From: Corallochytrium limacisporum Hawaii
Taxonomy: Eukaryota > Protista > Pluriformea
Direction of reading: 5' to 3'
Length of the DNA: 64,000 nucleotides
Assembly (NCBI GenBank): GCA_002811645.1
Contig: PDIP01000028.1
Coordinates: 1-64,000, forward strand
Part shown: piece after piece, positions 9,643-23,923 of the stretch
How positions within the stretch are numbered: the first letter of the stretch is position 1
Layout of the letters: each line of letters opens with the position of its first letter
Translations under genes and position numbers: made by a program
Notes under the pieces: generated by a model
Databases searched by the model: none
Seen by the model: only the letters and a program-made list of their open reading frames with translations
What the model was told of the DNA's origin: nothing

Positions 9643-12600
9643 ATGCAGCCCTATAACCCTATTGCGGATTGCATGCCCGAGCGCATCGGTGAAATCGACC
9701 TCACTGAGGACGTTGAGACTTATCTCCACCGCATGTTGCCGAAAACAATTATGATGTTGGACGGTGGTATGGGTACCATGGTCCAAGGATACAAACTCGA
9801 AGAAGAGGACTTTCGGGGCGAAGAGTTCAAGAATCACTCCCACAATCTCAAGGGTAACAACGACCTGTTGGTTCTAACCCGCCCTGACATTGTTCGTGAC
9901 ATTCATGTGGCCTACCTGGAAGCTGGTTCCGATATGGTTGAGACCAACACTTTCAGCGGTACCTGCATCGCACAGGCTGACTACGCGTTGGAGCACCTAG
10001 CTTACCGCATCAACGTCGAAGGTTCCCGTCTGGCCCGTGAAGCTTGCAAGCAAGTCATGGAGAAAGATCCTACTCGCCGTCGCCTCGTCGTCGGTGCCGT
10101 TGGTCCCACCAACAAAACCTTGTCCATCAGTCCCTCCGTGGAGGACCCCTCAATTCGTGACTGCACTTGGGATGAACTGGTCGAGGCCTACGAGGAGCAG
10201 ACGCGGGGTCTGATTGACGGTCGGTGCGATATTATCATGGTGGAGACCATTTTCGATACTCTGAACGCCAAAGCTGCGCTCTACGCCATTGAAAACGTGT
10301 TCGAGGCGGGTTATCCTCGCAAGCCGATCTTTGTGTCCGGTACAATTGTCGATATGAGCGGTCGCACGCTGTCTGGTCAGACCGGTGAGGCGTTCCTGCT
10401 TTCTGTCCGTCATGCTAATCCCTTTGCTGTCGGTCTGAACTGTGCTCTCGGTGCGGAACAGATGCGTCCATTTATCGAGCGCATCTCCAACCTCTACGAC
10501 GGATACGTACTGGTCTACCCGAATGCTGGATTGCCGAATGCGATGGGTGAGTATGATGAAGATCCCGAAGAGATGGGTGGTAAGCTCGGTGTCTTCGCCA
10601 AGGATGGCCTATTCAACATTGTCGGTGGCTGCTGCGGTACGACCCCGGAACACATTGCCGCAATCCGCAAAGCAGTCATTGAGTATGCGCCCCGCGAGAT
10701 GCCTGAGAACGGGTTCCGCAAGGATGTGACCTATTTGTGTGGTCTGGAGGCATTCCGTATTGATGAGACGATTCCCTTTGTCAACATTGGTGAGCGCTGC
10801 AATGTTGCTGGCTCTCGTCGCTTCGCCCGTCTGATTGCCAACGATGACTATGATACTGCCCTCAGCATTGCCAAGTCTCAGGTAGAGAACGGTGCCCAGG
10901 TTCTCGACATCAACGTCGACGACGGTATGTTGGACGGTGTCAAGGCCATGAATAAGTTTTGCAACCTGATTGCCACTGAGCCCGATGTGGCCAAAGTACC
11001 TTTGTGTATCGATAGTTCCAAGTTCGAGGTCGTGCTGGCAGGTCTGAAGGTCACTCAGGGTAAGTGCATTGTGAACTCCATTTCGCTGAAGGAAGGTGAG
11101 GAGGACTTCATCAAGAAGGCTACCTTGGTCAAGCGTATGGGTGCTGCCGTGGTCGTTATGGCTTTCGACGAAACCGGTCAGGCCACCGAGACTCAGAATA
11201 AGTTTGACATCTGCAAACGTTCTTACGACATCCTGGTCCAAAAGGTTGGCTTTGACCCTTACGATATCATCTTTGATCCTAACATCCTGACCATTGCCAC
11301 TGGTCTTGAAGAGCACAACAACTACGCGGTGAACTTCATTGAGGCCACCCGTATGATCAAGGAGTCTCTTACCGGAGCTCGTGTCTCTGGTGGTGTTTCC
11401 AACCTGTCCTTCTCCTTCCGTGGTCTGGACAAGGTCCGTGAGGCCATGCACTCTGTCTTCCTGTACCATGCTGGTAAGGTCGGCATGGATATGGGTATTG
11501 TTAACGCCGGTGTCATGCCCATCTACGATGATATCCCGAAGGATCTGCTGAAGCTTATCGAGGACGCCATCTTCAACCGCAGTGATGATGCCACCGAACC
11601 ACTGCTTGAGTACGCTCAGAAGTTTGGCAAGAAGGACAAGAACGCCGTGGAGAGTGAAGAGTGGCGCGATCTACCCAAGGAGAAGCGCATCCAGCACGCC
11701 CTTATTAAGGGTATTGACAAGTACGTTGTTCAGGATGTGCAGGAGTGTGTTGATGACAAGGACATGTATGCTCGTCCTCTCCACATTATTGAGGGTCCGC
11801 TCATGGATGGTATGAACGTTGTCGGTGATCTCTTCGGTGCCGGTAAGATGTTCTTGCCCCAGGTCATCAAGTCCGCTCGTGTTATGAAGAGGGCCGTGGC
11901 CCATCTCATTCCCCTCATGGAGATTGAGAAAGAGGAAATGCTCAAGAACAACCCTGAGTTGGCTCTGGGTAAGGACAACAATGGGGTTGTGCTGCTGGCT
12001 ACCGTGAAGGGTGACGTCCACGACATCGGAAAAAACATTGTTGGTGTCGTTCTGGGTTGCAATAACTACAAGGTCATTGATCTCGGTGTGATGGTACCCG
12101 CCGAGAAGATTCTTGACACTGCCGTTGCTGAAGGTGCTGAGGTTATCGGATTGTCTGGTTTGATCACTCCGTCCTTGGATGAAATGATCTACGTCGCCAA
12201 GGAAATGGAGCGCCGGGGTATGGATCTACCCCTTCTCATCGGTGGTGCTACCACTTCCAAGATGCACACCGCAGTCAAGATCTCCCAGCGTTACTCCAAT
12301 GCCGTTGTACACGTCCTGGACGCTTCTCGTTCCGTGCCTGTTGTCGGTTCCCTGCTTGACGAGGCCGAACGTGAGGATTTCATGGATGATATCAAGGAGG
12401 AGTACGAAGAGCTGCGTGAAGAACACTATGACGGTCTCAAGGACCGTAAGTTCTTGTCCATCGAGAAGGCCCGTGCACACAAGCAGGCCATCGACTGGTC
12501 CGCGAAGCCCCCCGTGAAGGCCCCAACCTTCATCGGCACCCGCTCCTTTGAGAATTTTGACATTGAGAAGCTCGTCAAGTACATTGACTGGAAGCCCTTC

Positions 12601-13455
12601 TTTGAGGTCTGGCAGCTGCGTGGTAAGTATCCAAACCGTGGCTACCCCAAGATTTTCAAGGACGATACGGTAGGCGAAGAAGCGCGCAAGCTCTTTAACG
12701 ATGCCCAGAAGATGTTGAAGGACGTCGTGGATAACAAGAAAATGACTTGTGATGGTATCGTAGCTTTCTACCCTGCCGCTGCTGTCGGTGACGACATCGA
12801 GGTCTACAACGACGAGGATCGCACTGACAAGGCAGCCACCTTCTACGGTCTGCGTCAACAGCAAGAGCGTGAGGCCGGTTCTGGCCAGAAGTACCTCTGC
12901 ATGTCTGATTTTGTCGCCCCCAAGGAATCTGGCCTGAAGGATTACATCGGTGCTTTCGCTGTGGCCACCAAGGGTGCCGATGAACTGGCAGCCATGTACG
13001 AGAAGGATCACGACGACTACAATTCCATCATGGCCAAGGCCATTGCTGACCGTCTTGCCGAGGCTTTTGCTGAGTACCTGCACGAGGTCGTGCGTAAGGA
13101 CTTGTGGGGCTACGCGGCAGACGAGGACTTGAACCCCGACGCACTGCTTCGTGTCGCGTACCAGGGCATCCGTCCTGCTCCGGGTTACCCTACTCAGCCT
13201 GATCACACGGAAAAACGCACCATGTGGGACCTTATGGACATTGAGAGCAAGGTCGGTATTGGACTTACAGAATCCTACTCCATGACCCCTGCGGCTGCTG
13301 TGTCGGGTCTGATCTTTGCCCATGAGGAGTCCGTGTACTTCAGCGTTGGTAAGATCACCAAGGACCAAGTCGAGGAGTATGCCCAGCGAAAAGGTTCCGA
13401 CTTGGAGACTGTCGAACGCTGGCTCGGTCCTATCCTGGCGTACGACACTGACTAA
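9643..13455 (+). CDS. MTR: Cobalamin-dependent methionine synthase (MetH/MTR)
   Basis: 1270 aa. [23 protein letters not shown]12-binding DVHDIG, and IRPAPGYP reactivation domain. Confidence 0.98.
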   Translation: MQPYNPIADCMPERIGEIDLTEDVETYLHRMLPKTIMMLDGGMGTMVQGYKLEEEDFRGEEFKNHSHNLKGNNDLLVLTRPDIVRDIHVAYLEAGSDMVETNTFSGTCIAQADYALEHLAYRINVEGSRLAREACKQVMEKDPTRRRLVVGAVGPTNKTLSISPSVEDPSIRDCTWDELVEAYEEQTRGLIDGRCDIIMVETIFDTLNAKAALYAIENVFEAGYPRKPIFVSGTIVDMSGRTLSGQTGEAFLLSVRHANPFAVGLNCALGAEQMRPFIERISNLYDGYVLVYPNAGLPNAMGEYDEDPEEMGGKLGVFAKDGLFNIVGGCCGTTPEHIAAIRKAVIEYAPREMPENGFRKDVTYLCGLEAFRIDETIPFVNIGERCNVAGSRRFARLIANDDYDTALSIAKSQVENGAQVLDINVDDGMLDGVKAMNKFCNLIATEPDVAKVPLCIDSSKFEVVLAGLKVTQGKCIVNSISLKEGEEDFIKKATLVKRMGAAVVVMAFDETGQATETQNKFDICKRSYDILVQKVGFDPYDIIFDPNILTIATGLEEHNNYAVNFIEATRMIKESLTGARVSGGVSNLSFSFRGLDKVREAMHSVFLYHAGKVGMDMGIVNAGVMPIYDDIPKDLLKLIEDAIFNRSDDATEPLLEYAQKFGKKDKNAVESEEWRDLPKEKRIQHALIKGIDKYVVQDVQECVDDKDMYARPLHIIEGPLMDGMNVVGDLFGAGKMFLPQVIKSARVMKRAVAHLIPLMEIEKEEMLKNNPELALGKDNNGVVLLATVKGDVHDIGKNIVGVVLGCNNYKVIDLGVMVPAEKILDTAVAEGAEVIGLSGLITPSLDEMIYVAKEMERRGMDLPLLIGGATTSKMHTAVKISQRYSNAVVHVLDASRSVPVVGSLLDEAEREDFMDDIKEEYEELREEHYDGLKDRKFLSIEKARAHKQAIDWSAKPPVKAPTFIGTRSFENFDIEKLVKYIDWKPFFEVWQLRGKYPNRGYPKIFKDDTVGEEARKLFNDAQKMLKDVVDNKKMTCDGIVAFYPAAAVGDDIEVYNDEDRTDKAATFYGLRQQQEREAGSGQKYLCMSDFVAPKESGLKDYIGAFAVATKGADELAAMYEKDHDDYNSIMAKAIADRLAEAFAEYLHEVVRKDLWGYAADEDLNPDALLRVAYQGIRPAPGYPTQPDHTEKRTMWDLMDIESKVGIGLTESYSMTPAAAVSGLIFAHEESVYFSVGKITKDQVEEYAQRKGSDLETVERWLGPILAYDTD

Positions 13456-13693
13456 GTGTAAACATAGGTAGCCTACTTTCGTGAGCGGAATTTCCAATGT
13501 TTGAGCTGAAGGCAGGAAGACAGGTCCGAGAAGCCGGTCCTGAACTTTTACCCTTGACAATTTATGTATCTCTGACATGACTAAAGCAAAACACATATGC
13601 TGTGATCAAATATTGTGTTAGTTTTATTTCTACAAAGGTGATTCTGCATGATGTCGATTCTTGAGGGAATGTATAAGAGAATTGTAAGTAGCT

Positions 13694-14788
13694 TTACGAG
13701 TTGCTGGGTAGCTGGCTGGTCGTCTTGCGGTCAAAGATCTTCTCAAGCGCCTGACGGAAGCAGTGAATGTTGTAGCTGATCAGTCCGTGCTTCTGGTAAT
13801 TGTCCTCTCGCATCAAGCAAACCAGGGCGAGATACTTGTTCACCTCCCGAAGGTACAGGACACTACCACTGTTCAGGCGGATCACGCTTGCGCTTTCCTC
13901 GTCGTACGCAATGCCGTCCGCACTATTGTCTACTCCATAAATGCAGCTCACGTCAATGACAACGTCAATCATATCCGAACAGAGCTCGTAACTAATCATG
14001 TCGACCGGGGAGGAGTCCGTAGCTATATAAATCTTCGAGACCACATCAAATAAGAAAGCTTTGTCAATCCCGCTGGCGGTGACCAAAATATTGAGCAAAT
14101 TCTCGAGTGTAGGCAGCTGTGGAATCAGCTTCTGCACAACCTTACTGAACGCCTCAAAGATGGAATGGTCGTAAATCGAAGTCAGGTAAAAGCTCAAGTT
14201 GATGTTGCTTAGTCCCCTACGGTCCAGATCAGCGCTTGCCTGATCCTGAATGTCACGCTGAATGTCAATCTTGTGCTCGTCCGAGAGACCATCAACTTTG
14301 TGGATAAACACTTCAAAATTAATTGCAGGATTGACCTTGTAGGCCTTCTCCACGGTCAGGACCAGACGCGCCAGAGCCTCCGGGAAATCGTCCTGCGCGT
14401 CAATTACGAACACTAATGCTCCGGTGCCGCTGAACATGAGATCACTGTCAAAGGAAGGGTCGAAGAAATCGATTTGTCCCGGGAAATCCCAGACCTGAAA
14501 CTGTACGAAGCTTGAGTTGGAAATGTCGTTCTTGATGATCTTGGATGTAGACTCCAGAAAGAGCGTTTCGTTCGGGCTCATCTTGTGAAACACGACCTTT
14601 TGAATGCTGCTCTTCCCTGACCTGCGCAGTCCCATAACCAAAATGCGTGGAGATTTGTCGCTTGCTGTTGCAATGGCATCGTAAGGTTCTGACTCCCCGA
14701 ACGGGTGAGCTGGGTAACTCGTGCCATAGTCCATGTAGGAATCATCGACGCCCTCGTCGACGTACTCTCCGTAGTCTTCTGTGGCCAT
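13694..14788 (-). CDS. RRAGC: Rag C/D GTPase (Gtr2)
   Basis: [54 protein letters not shown]. Confidence 0.95.
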   Translation of the reverse strand: MATEDYGEYVDEGVDDSYMDYGTSYPAHPFGESEPYDAIATASDKSPRILVMGLRRSGKSSIQKVVFHKMSPNETLFLESTSKIIKNDISNSSFVQFQVWDFPGQIDFFDPSFDSDLMFSGTGALVFVIDAQDDFPEALARLVLTVEKAYKVNPAINFEVFIHKVDGLSDEHKIDIQRDIQDQASADLDRRGLSNINLSFYLTSIYDHSIFEAFSKVVQKLIPQLPTLENLLNILVTASGIDKAFLFDVVSKIYIATDSSPVDMISYELCSDMIDVVIDVSCIYGVDNSADGIAYDEESASVIRLNSGSVLYLREVNKYLALVCLMREDNYQKHGLISYNIHCFRQALEKIFDRKTTSQLPSNS

Positions 14789-15126
14789 TGTGATCTGTTC
14801 TAAATTTTTACTCTACAATATCCGTGTACGATTCTATGCATGTGTCTCAAAGTGGTTCGAAGGATACATTTGTGTGATGCAGTCGAGAAGAAAGAATGGC
14901 TTTTTGTCGCCCACAAGTCCCTCCTCTTGCATGGGTTCGATGTTCTACCACCCGCACACTTCCAAACAACTATCGCATGCTCTGTCCATCAAGCCCTTTC
15001 TACCTTGTCGTCTCTGCATCATGATGTCACTTGAGCAGAGTAAGACAAGGAAATACAAAATCAGACAAGCAAGACACCATAGAAAGATAGCGCGGATGAC
15101 TATTGCGTGTCGTACAAACAGCCACT

Positions 15127-15260
15127 CCCCCGGCTAAATCTTATTGCTCTCTGCACTCACACTCTCTCTCGCCCGCATCCCCCCCCCCCCTCCCCCCCGG
15201 CTAAATCTTATTGCTCTCTGCCCTCACACTGTCTCTCGCCCGCATCCCCCCCCCCCTCCC
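15127..15260. repeat. Two-copy ~67-bp tandem repeat
   Basis: CGGCTAAATCTTATTGCTCTCTGC..CTCGCCCGCATCCCCC at 15131 and 15198; lies close to an assembly gap. Confidence 0.8.
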
Positions 15261-15501
15261 GCCGGCCACTTGTGGATTGCACACGAACCGGTGAGGGAGG
15301 GGTCTCATGGAAAGAGAGACTCTGGCGAGGGACCAAGTGCCTGGCTGGCTGACGAACCGCTCTGCCGTAGTCCCAAAGCTCACCCCACCACCCGCCCGGT
15401 GGGGGGGGGGGCGGCGGGGGACTCTCTGTGTTGTGCCTTTTTCGAGCCTCTGGGTACACGGGCTCACTGAGATAATATTCCCGTATATAAAAATACCAAT
15501 G

Positions 15502-15840
15502 NNNNNNNNNNNNNNNNNNNNNNNNNNNNNNNNNNNNNNNNNNNNNNNNNNNNNNNNNNNNNNNNNNNNNNNNNNNNNNNNNNNNNNNNNNNNNNNNNNN
15601 NNNNNNNNNNNNNNNNNNNNNNNNNNNNNNNNNNNNNNNNNNNNNNNNNNNNNNNNNNNNNNNNNNNNNNNNNNNNNNNNNNNNNNNNNNNNNNNNNNNN
15701 NNNNNNNNNNNNNNNNNNNNNNNNNNNNNNNNNNNNNNNNNNNNNNNNNNNNNNNNNNNNNNNNNNNNNNNNNNNNNNNNNNNNNNNNNNNNNNNNNNNN
15801 NNNNNNNNNNNNNNNNNNNNNNNNNNNNNNNNNNNNNNNN
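15502..15840. other. Assembly gap
   Basis: Run of N. Confidence 1.
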
Positions 15841-17095
15841 TTCCCCCGTTCAAAACCGACCCCGCCCCCCCCCCCCTGCCCCTGGCTCCCCAAACCCCCT
15901 TCCAACAGCAGCAGCACTCCCGCTTTGCCGCGTTATAATTCGATTGCGAATTTCTTTAAGCAGTGTAATATCTATGCAGTAGCGGTTGGGTAAACATTGT
16001 CCTTTCCTGTTTCTGTGCGGCCGTCGTTCATCTTCCGCATTTTGCGCTTCTATCACCCTCCTTCTCCGCTCGCGGTATCCCCCTTTCGTCACGCGCCCCG
16101 AAGGGGTCGCTCTCTTGGCTCTCTCACTCACTCTCTCACTCTCTCTCTCTCTTCGCTGGCTCTTCGCTTTCGTCGGCGACGTTTTCGGGAAAGCGGGCGA
16201 GGGCGCAAGTGTGTCCCCGGTTCGGAGGCACAACAACAGCGGGCAAAAATAGGGGACAAAGCCGACAGAACGTTGGCCAACCGAAGAAAAAAGTAGTGAA
16301 AGATGGGGGAGCGGGAAAGGGGGGGGGGGCCAATAAAAAGACCTTTTACCTTTAGCCGTCCGTCGCATACCAACCTCCTCGTTGTTTCACACCACAACCC
16401 CCCCCCACCAACCCCAACCAACACGGGCGGCAAGAATGGTCCTTCTCTCTCTCGCCCTCTCTCTGCGTTTTCATTTCTCTCTCTTCTCTCTCTCTCTCGC
16501 TCTCTCTCGCTCTCGCTATTTTGGGCCCCTTTGAACCAATCGCCGCAGAGGCTTACGGTTCGGGAGAAAAAGCCTTATTTGTTTGGTGCGTCTCCCTTCC
16601 TTCCCCGGTGTGTGTGTCTCCGCTCACCTCACCACCCGTCTCCCTGCCACTGTCGTTTCTGCGGCGAAGGGAAGGGGGGAGTTCAGCAGAACCGAAGCGA
16701 TCCACGCACGGAAGACTGGGCCAAGAGAGGGAACCCTTTGGTTTTCGGGCACCACAAAATTGGGACGAGAGTATTGTGATTTGTGTTGGACGCCAAAGTC
16801 TTCTCTTTTTTATTTGTTGTGGTTGCTTCGGTTTCTCACGTGAGTCTCTTGGTACTGCCACTTGACAAGCAGCCTTGTTTGCTTTGGATTCCTTTAACTA
16901 TTTCATTGGCTCAATTTGTGTGGACGAGATAAGCCGGAAGGCAATCCATGTATTGTAGAAACACCTAAAGAACAACCGGGGACCAAGTGAGACTTTTAGA
17001 TTAGAAATGGTTTAAAGGCATATACGTACCGCATTGGATATAGAAGAAAGTGGATACAAGCAAGCACAGGAAGTTCAAAAAGGCTTACAACGTAA

Positions 17096-18550
<1,455 letters not shown>

Positions 18551-18721
18551 CGAAATCAGAAAATTCACCCCCGCTACTATTTGATCTTATAGGCAGCGTA
18601 CATAGAACTTTAGAATCAAATCTTTGACAAAAGTAATGTTCTTGTTTATTGTTCTTCGCATGTGACTGTTTAGGATACTGATGACTGTGTTTGGGTCAGC
18701 CCATGCCATGGCTTCAGATTT

Positions 18722-19945
18722 TCATGCCGCTGACTTAGTCGTGCCCAGCTCCCGATCGACAATGTGCAGGGTGACGCTAGCACCGATCTCCAAAGCCCGC
18801 TCATCAACCGTGAACACGGACTTGTGATGAGGGATCGCCGGCTCATTTTCCGGATCCTTGCGCGGATCGCAGCCCACAAAGTAGAAAACGCCGGGAGCGT
18901 TCTTGAGGAAGTAGCTGAAGTCCTCAGCGGCCATGGTCCGCGTCTTGTCATCCACACCGTCGACACCGACAACGGCCTCGGCTGATTGCTTGACCAGCTC
19001 GATGCAATTGAGGTCCTCGTTGACAGTCGCAGGGTATCCGATGCGGTAGTCGAGCTCTGCGGTCGCCCCGTGGGCAGCGCAGACATTGTCGACGATTTCC
19101 TTCATGCGTTTCATGATCAACTTCTGGTCCGCTGGGTCCATTGTCCGCACAGTGCCACCAATTTTGACCTCGTCCGCGATCACATTAAAGTTGTACCCGC
19201 CATTGATGAAACCGACTGTCAGGACGGCGCTGTTGAAGGGGTCAATGTTGCGGCTGATAATGGTGTGCAGGGTGGTCACGGTGCTGCAGGCTGCAACCAC
19301 CGCATCAACGGTACCTTGAGGAATTGCACCGTGGCCGCCGGACCCCTTCACTGTGATTGTCCAATGATCCGAAGATGCCATAATTGCACCCTCCTTCACA
19401 ACGACCTGGCCGACCGGGCCGTAGCTCCACATATGGAGACCGTAGACCTTGTCAATCTTTGGGTTCTCCAGACATCCGTCTGCGATCATGGCCGGAGCGC
19501 CACCCTTGCCCTCCTCAGCAGGCTGGAACAACAGCTTGATGCATCCCCGCATGGTGACCTTGTTCTGGCACAGAATCCGTACCACACCAAGCAGAATACT
19601 CATATGAGCGTCGTGACCGCATGCGTGCATGACATTATCGTTCTGAGACTGGAAGTCCAGGCCCGTGGTCTCCTGGATCGGTAGAGCGTCCATATCCGCG
19701 CGGAGACCAATGCAAGGACCCGGTCCTGCCTCACCCTTGATCAGACCGGTCACACCCGTCTTGCCGACTCCAGTCTTAATGTCCTCGACTCCACATTCTT
19801 CCAGAATTGCGACAATGTATTTGGCGGTCTCCACCTCTTCAAAGCTAAGCTCGGGATGTTGGTGGAAGTGTCGGCGGTCTTTGACCATATGCTGAATGAC
19901 CTCCTTGGTCAGCAGCGGGTGTGTCTTGTAATTTGCTTCCGCCAT
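18722..19945 (-). CDS. M20D family amidohydrolase
   Basis: RRHFHQHPELSFEE, LRADMDALP, MHACGHDAH, FQPAEEG, GSGGHGA, AEDFSY. Confidence 0.93.
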   Translation of the reverse strand: MAEANYKTHPLLTKEVIQHMVKDRRHFHQHPELSFEEVETAKYIVAILEECGVEDIKTGVGKTGVTGLIKGEAGPGPCIGLRADMDALPIQETTGLDFQSQNDNVMHACGHDAHMSILLGVVRILCQNKVTMRGCIKLLFQPAEEGKGGAPAMIADGCLENPKIDKVYGLHMWSYGPVGQVVVKEGAIMASSDHWTITVKGSGGHGAIPQGTVDAVVAACSTVTTLHTIISRNIDPFNSAVLTVGFINGGYNFNVIADEVKIGGTVRTMDPADQKLIMKRMKEIVDNVCAAHGATAELDYRIGYPATVNEDLNCIELVKQSAEAVVGVDGVDDKTRTMAAEDFSYFLKNAPGVFYFVGCDPRKDPENEPAIPHHKSVFTVDERALEIGASVTLHIVDRELGTTKSAA

Positions 19946-20388
19946 GGCTGTTCAAAACGAGATTTCGTTCGACCTTGTGCAAAGCACATCCAGCCTTAAC
20001 GCCGTCTTGAAGCGACAGCTTAAGTACCCCGCTGTCACGCGACAGTTCGATCCGTTCCAAGGGGTGCCCAGATGTCATACGCTCCCCGTCACAGGAATGA
20101 TACCATCGATTGCGTCCACCAGCAGCTCACACATTTGCCACGCATCCCCTCAGCAGCAGATCCATAGTGAACACTGCGCAAAACTGGCAGGTTCGCGTGT
20201 GCATGCGTGCGTAATGGGTAAACCAGGCTTTGGTAGTGTGGGGCTCTTTGCCACCGTCGCGTTCAGCTTCTGCGAAGAATCATCGTACTCCTTGCCCCAA
20301 ACTCTGAGGGAGAAGACAGGATCTCCCCGTTTTTTTTGCCAGCCCAGAGCGAGGAGGTGGGCAATGGCCCGCCCGGAGACACAGAGAG

Positions 20389-20393
<5 letters not shown>

Positions 20394-20452
<59 letters not shown>
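20394..20452. repeat. (AG)n microsatellite
   Basis: Seen directly. Confidence 0.95.
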
Positions 20453-20458
<6 letters not shown>

Positions 20459-20659
20459 GGGGGAGGCCGAGTGTGTTCAGCGAGAAGAACATTTTTTGTG
20501 CCTTCTTTGCACGAAAGGACAAGTGCCAGCGGTTCATTACATCTTTGCTCCTTTCTCTCTCCCTTTTTTCTTACACTGGACCGGACCCAAAAAAAAACAA
20601 AAGGCAAGACCGGGCAGGCGGGAATAATCACACTTCACCACCGCTCCGGCCCACCGTGG

Positions 20660-20691
<32 letters not shown>

Positions 20692-20930
20692 GCCCCCGAA
20701 GATACCAAGGGCAATTAATTAATTTCTCGCTGCGGTTTCGAACGACGAAAAAAAAAAAAAGAAGCGGGGGTGCCTATATAAGCGAAAGGATTTCAAAAGG
20801 AAAAAAAAAACCTTGCCTCCCCCCCCGGGGGCCCGTTTGCCTTCGATGGCTATCGAAGAGAAGGGGGCACAGAGAGAGAGTGAGAGAGACAGGCCCGGTG
20901 GGTGCGTTCGAAACTGTGGCGCAGGATGAT

Positions 20931-20944
20931 CTCTCGCTCTCTCG

Positions 20945-21004
<60 letters not shown>

Positions 21005-21100
21005 NNNNNNNNNNNNNNNNNNNNNNNNNNNNNNNNNNNNNNNNNNNNNNNNNNNNNNNNNNNNNNNNNNNNNNNNNNNNNNNNNTCTCTCGCTCTCTCG

Positions 21101-21160
<60 letters not shown>
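20931..21160. repeat. (CT)n microsatellite on both sides of an assembly gap (N at 21005-21084)
   Basis: The same CTCTCG/(CT)n pattern flanks the gap on both sides; possibly one array assembled twice. Confidence 0.9.
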
Positions 21161-21162
<2 letters not shown>

Positions 21163-22472
21163 GGAAAATAAGTAAAAAGGAAAAAGTTTGTAAAAAAATA
21201 GAATCGGTGAGATGGAAAGGAGTCCGAAGTCTTTCTTTTTTCCTTAAGGGCGCCTCTTTCTCTTAACGCCCGCTGCGCACAGACTCTGATCCCGTCGCTC
21301 GGGTCGGCACCCGGAGGAGGAGGTGGAGGTGAGACTGGGAAAGGTTGTGCGATCGGCCGAACCACCGGGCGACGACTTTTCCAGGGAGAAATCCGAACGA
21401 ACAGAGACCAGAGCCGCCCAGTATTAAAAAGAAAAGAGAAAACCGCAGGTAAATAGACCCCCCTCCTTCCTCCTCCTCTCTCTCTCTCCCCAAAGACAGT
21501 CTGCCGACGGTGCGATGCACCGTGGTTTAGTAATGAGGACCCGAGAGCGAGTGTGTGTGTGTGTGCGTGTGTGTGGAGGAGGGGAGGAGCGGGGAATAGA
21601 GGAAAGAGAGGGCGATGGAGTGCTGCTGTCATCGTTCGTTCACACACGTCGACAGGCACTGGCAGACAGAAGACCGACAGGCCAGAGCTGCTCCGGGGCG
21701 ACGCCGGGGCGACGGAGAGAGTGAGAAGGGGGAGAGAGAGAGAGAGACCCCTGAAAATTGAAATGAATGAGGGAAAGGAAAAGCTCGAAATCCAAATCGC
21801 GCCCGCGTTTCGGGCTCAGGAGAATGGATCCACAGCAACCGCTCTCTGCGGACGAATGTCCCTCTCTGTCTCTTACTTGGTCCGTCCGTCCTGCTAACAT
21901 TCTCCATCATTTCCAGCCCTGTTTTCTCTTTAGTCAGTTGTTTTCGGTTTCGGTTGCCTTTCGGTAGGGGAGAACGGGGGGGGGGTTGGGCGGAAGGGCC
22001 GTCGCGACTCCTCCAGCCTCCTTGTCAATTCCGCGTGTGTTGCGCGGTTGGTCAAGACCGGGGTTTCGCAGGAAGCGAGCGCAGTTGTTGTTGGGGGGGG
22101 GGGATGGTGGGTTCAAAGGTTTGTGTGGGGTGTTAAATAGACTCCCGTCTGATAACATTTAGGCCCCCGTTTTCAGATGGGTGGTGGGGATGGGGTTTAT
22201 AGAGTGGGGTGGGCAGTTTGTGTTGAGAAGAGTAAGGCTGGCACAGGTGGACTGGGCGCGAAGGGGTCGAAAACCGCTCAGGGTAGATGAAACAGCACAC
22301 ACAAGGGAGTGGTGTACTACTCGTCCACTTTGTGGCTGGTGAGCTAATGAGAACGAATTTGATGTGAACATTAAGATAATAAGTGAATGGTCAGACCGAT
22401 AGGGATTTATTCGGAATCATGGAAATGATGCAGCCAACTCTGTCCCCCTAGGACGGGCACAATATTATCGAC

Positions 22473-23831
22473 ATGTTGCCAGGTGAAGGAGTAGCACCGC
22501 AATACTGGCAGCGATTGACTGTCACAGCCCATGATGGGAACAACCCCCAGGGTCCCAACAGCCAACTGCAATCAATAGACAAGGTGCTTCAACAGTATCA
22601 TGGGGTCCGGCCGAGATTGATTGCCTCCACGTCGCGGGACGTCGTGCAGGATATCCTGGACAACTCTCTACAGACTGGGGTAGTTGTCACACGGTCGGTG
22701 AATCTGTGCGATGTCTTCTTCACCAACGAACTACAGCCCTGGGCCGGATCATCGCTGGTTGGGATATCTTTACCCAGACATGCAAGCCCGGAATTCTATC
22801 TCACAAGGCAACATCTGCTCATCAGCATGACAAAGGAACAGAATCGGGTCTTTGGCTTCCCCGGAATTGGGATTAAGCGTACCAGTGATGAGATGGTGGT
22901 AGTCAAACTTAACGCTGACTGGCTGCTTGATTCGAGGAAAGCAAAGTACTGCAAACGATTCCGCGAGGGACTGCACCGAATCGCGACGCAAATCAAAGGG
23001 CGTCAGTTGCGCCAGGAATTGGCCAATGGTGCTGACGATGAGAAGAATCAAATCCAAGTGTTGCGTGAGGTTATGCCGGAATTCCGCGTGGTATGGTATG
23101 CTCAGGGTGTTAACGACGGGTCACAGCAGGCTGCGAGCGGTTCCGTAGCGATCGATTACATTCCGTACCCATTGATCCGTTTCGAAACACACAACGTAGA
23201 TGCCCTCAACCAGAGAGATAACAGTAGGGAAGTAAAGAAGATCCACCGAGACTGCAGGCAAGCCTTGCTGGAGCTGGTGCACCGGCACTTACTCGCATGC
23301 CGTTACGTCCTGCGGCGGCCGGGCCCTAGAGAGGCTGCCATTGATGCCCAGGACCTGGCAGAGGCAGCCTGGGACGAGGAGGACGAGACAAACCACGCTC
23401 TCGGACAGAATGATCAGGTGGCAAAGAAGAGAAAAGTGGGTAACGGTGAGGACATCAAGGCCGCCTCGACAAATCCTGAACCCACAGATATTGACCTGGG
23501 TGCCAAGCAGCACTTTGTGCAGTTTCCGATGACAGAGAATGATGGCAGCAACATGAGCCTAACACGCATCAGTAGTGGAGACCTCATGGCCACCATTGGA
23601 AGAGTCATAGCTGACGGAGTTTGCAAACTCCATATCAGCTTTTCCGCACTCGAGCTCATGCGTGAACCGAAAAAGGATCGGCTCAATGAAAACGGTCAAG
23701 ACCAGAGCCCAGATATTGGATGGCTCATGAACCGTGGAAACGACTGGAGCCAGTTTCCCGCCACACACACGATCCACCTCTACGTTGACGGCGCTGCGGG
23801 ACGGACCGTCTTATACGAGAGCCGATCATAA
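22473..23831 (+). CDS. Hypothetical protein, possibly a divergent RNase P/MRP subunit RPP40
   Basis: 452-aa ORF. LLISMTKEQNRVFGFPG resembles the RPP40 L.L...Y...GL.G motif; the rest is not recognisable. Confidence 0.45.
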   Translation: MLPGEGVAPQYWQRLTVTAHDGNNPQGPNSQLQSIDKVLQQYHGVRPRLIASTSRDVVQDILDNSLQTGVVVTRSVNLCDVFFTNELQPWAGSSLVGISLPRHASPEFYLTRQHLLISMTKEQNRVFGFPGIGIKRTSDEMVVVKLNADWLLDSRKAKYCKRFREGLHRIATQIKGRQLRQELANGADDEKNQIQVLREVMPEFRVVWYAQGVNDGSQQAASGSVAIDYIPYPLIRFETHNVDALNQRDNSREVKKIHRDCRQALLELVHRHLLACRYVLRRPGPREAAIDAQDLAEAAWDEEDETNHALGQNDQVAKKRKVGNGEDIKAASTNPEPTDIDLGAKQHFVQFPMTENDGSNMSLTRISSGDLMATIGRVIADGVCKLHISFSALELMREPKKDRLNENGQDQSPDIGWLMNRGNDWSQFPATHTIHLYVDGAAGRTVLYESRS

Positions 23832-23923
23832 GATGCAGCCACAAGGCAGACATTAAGATGACAGTACAGGCAAATTATAGCAATAGTTTATTATCGGGTG
23901 GTATGATAAGAGCAGAAATATCA

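Noticed and set aside
12226-13596. Long antisense ORFs over MTR (also over eIF3g and the MYND gene)
   Set aside because: Shadow frames produced by the codon bias of the sense gene.
15127-15260. 67-bp tandem repeat as a CRISPR-like or functional array
   Set aside because: Only two adjacent copies with no spacers, next to a gap; may be an assembly artefact.
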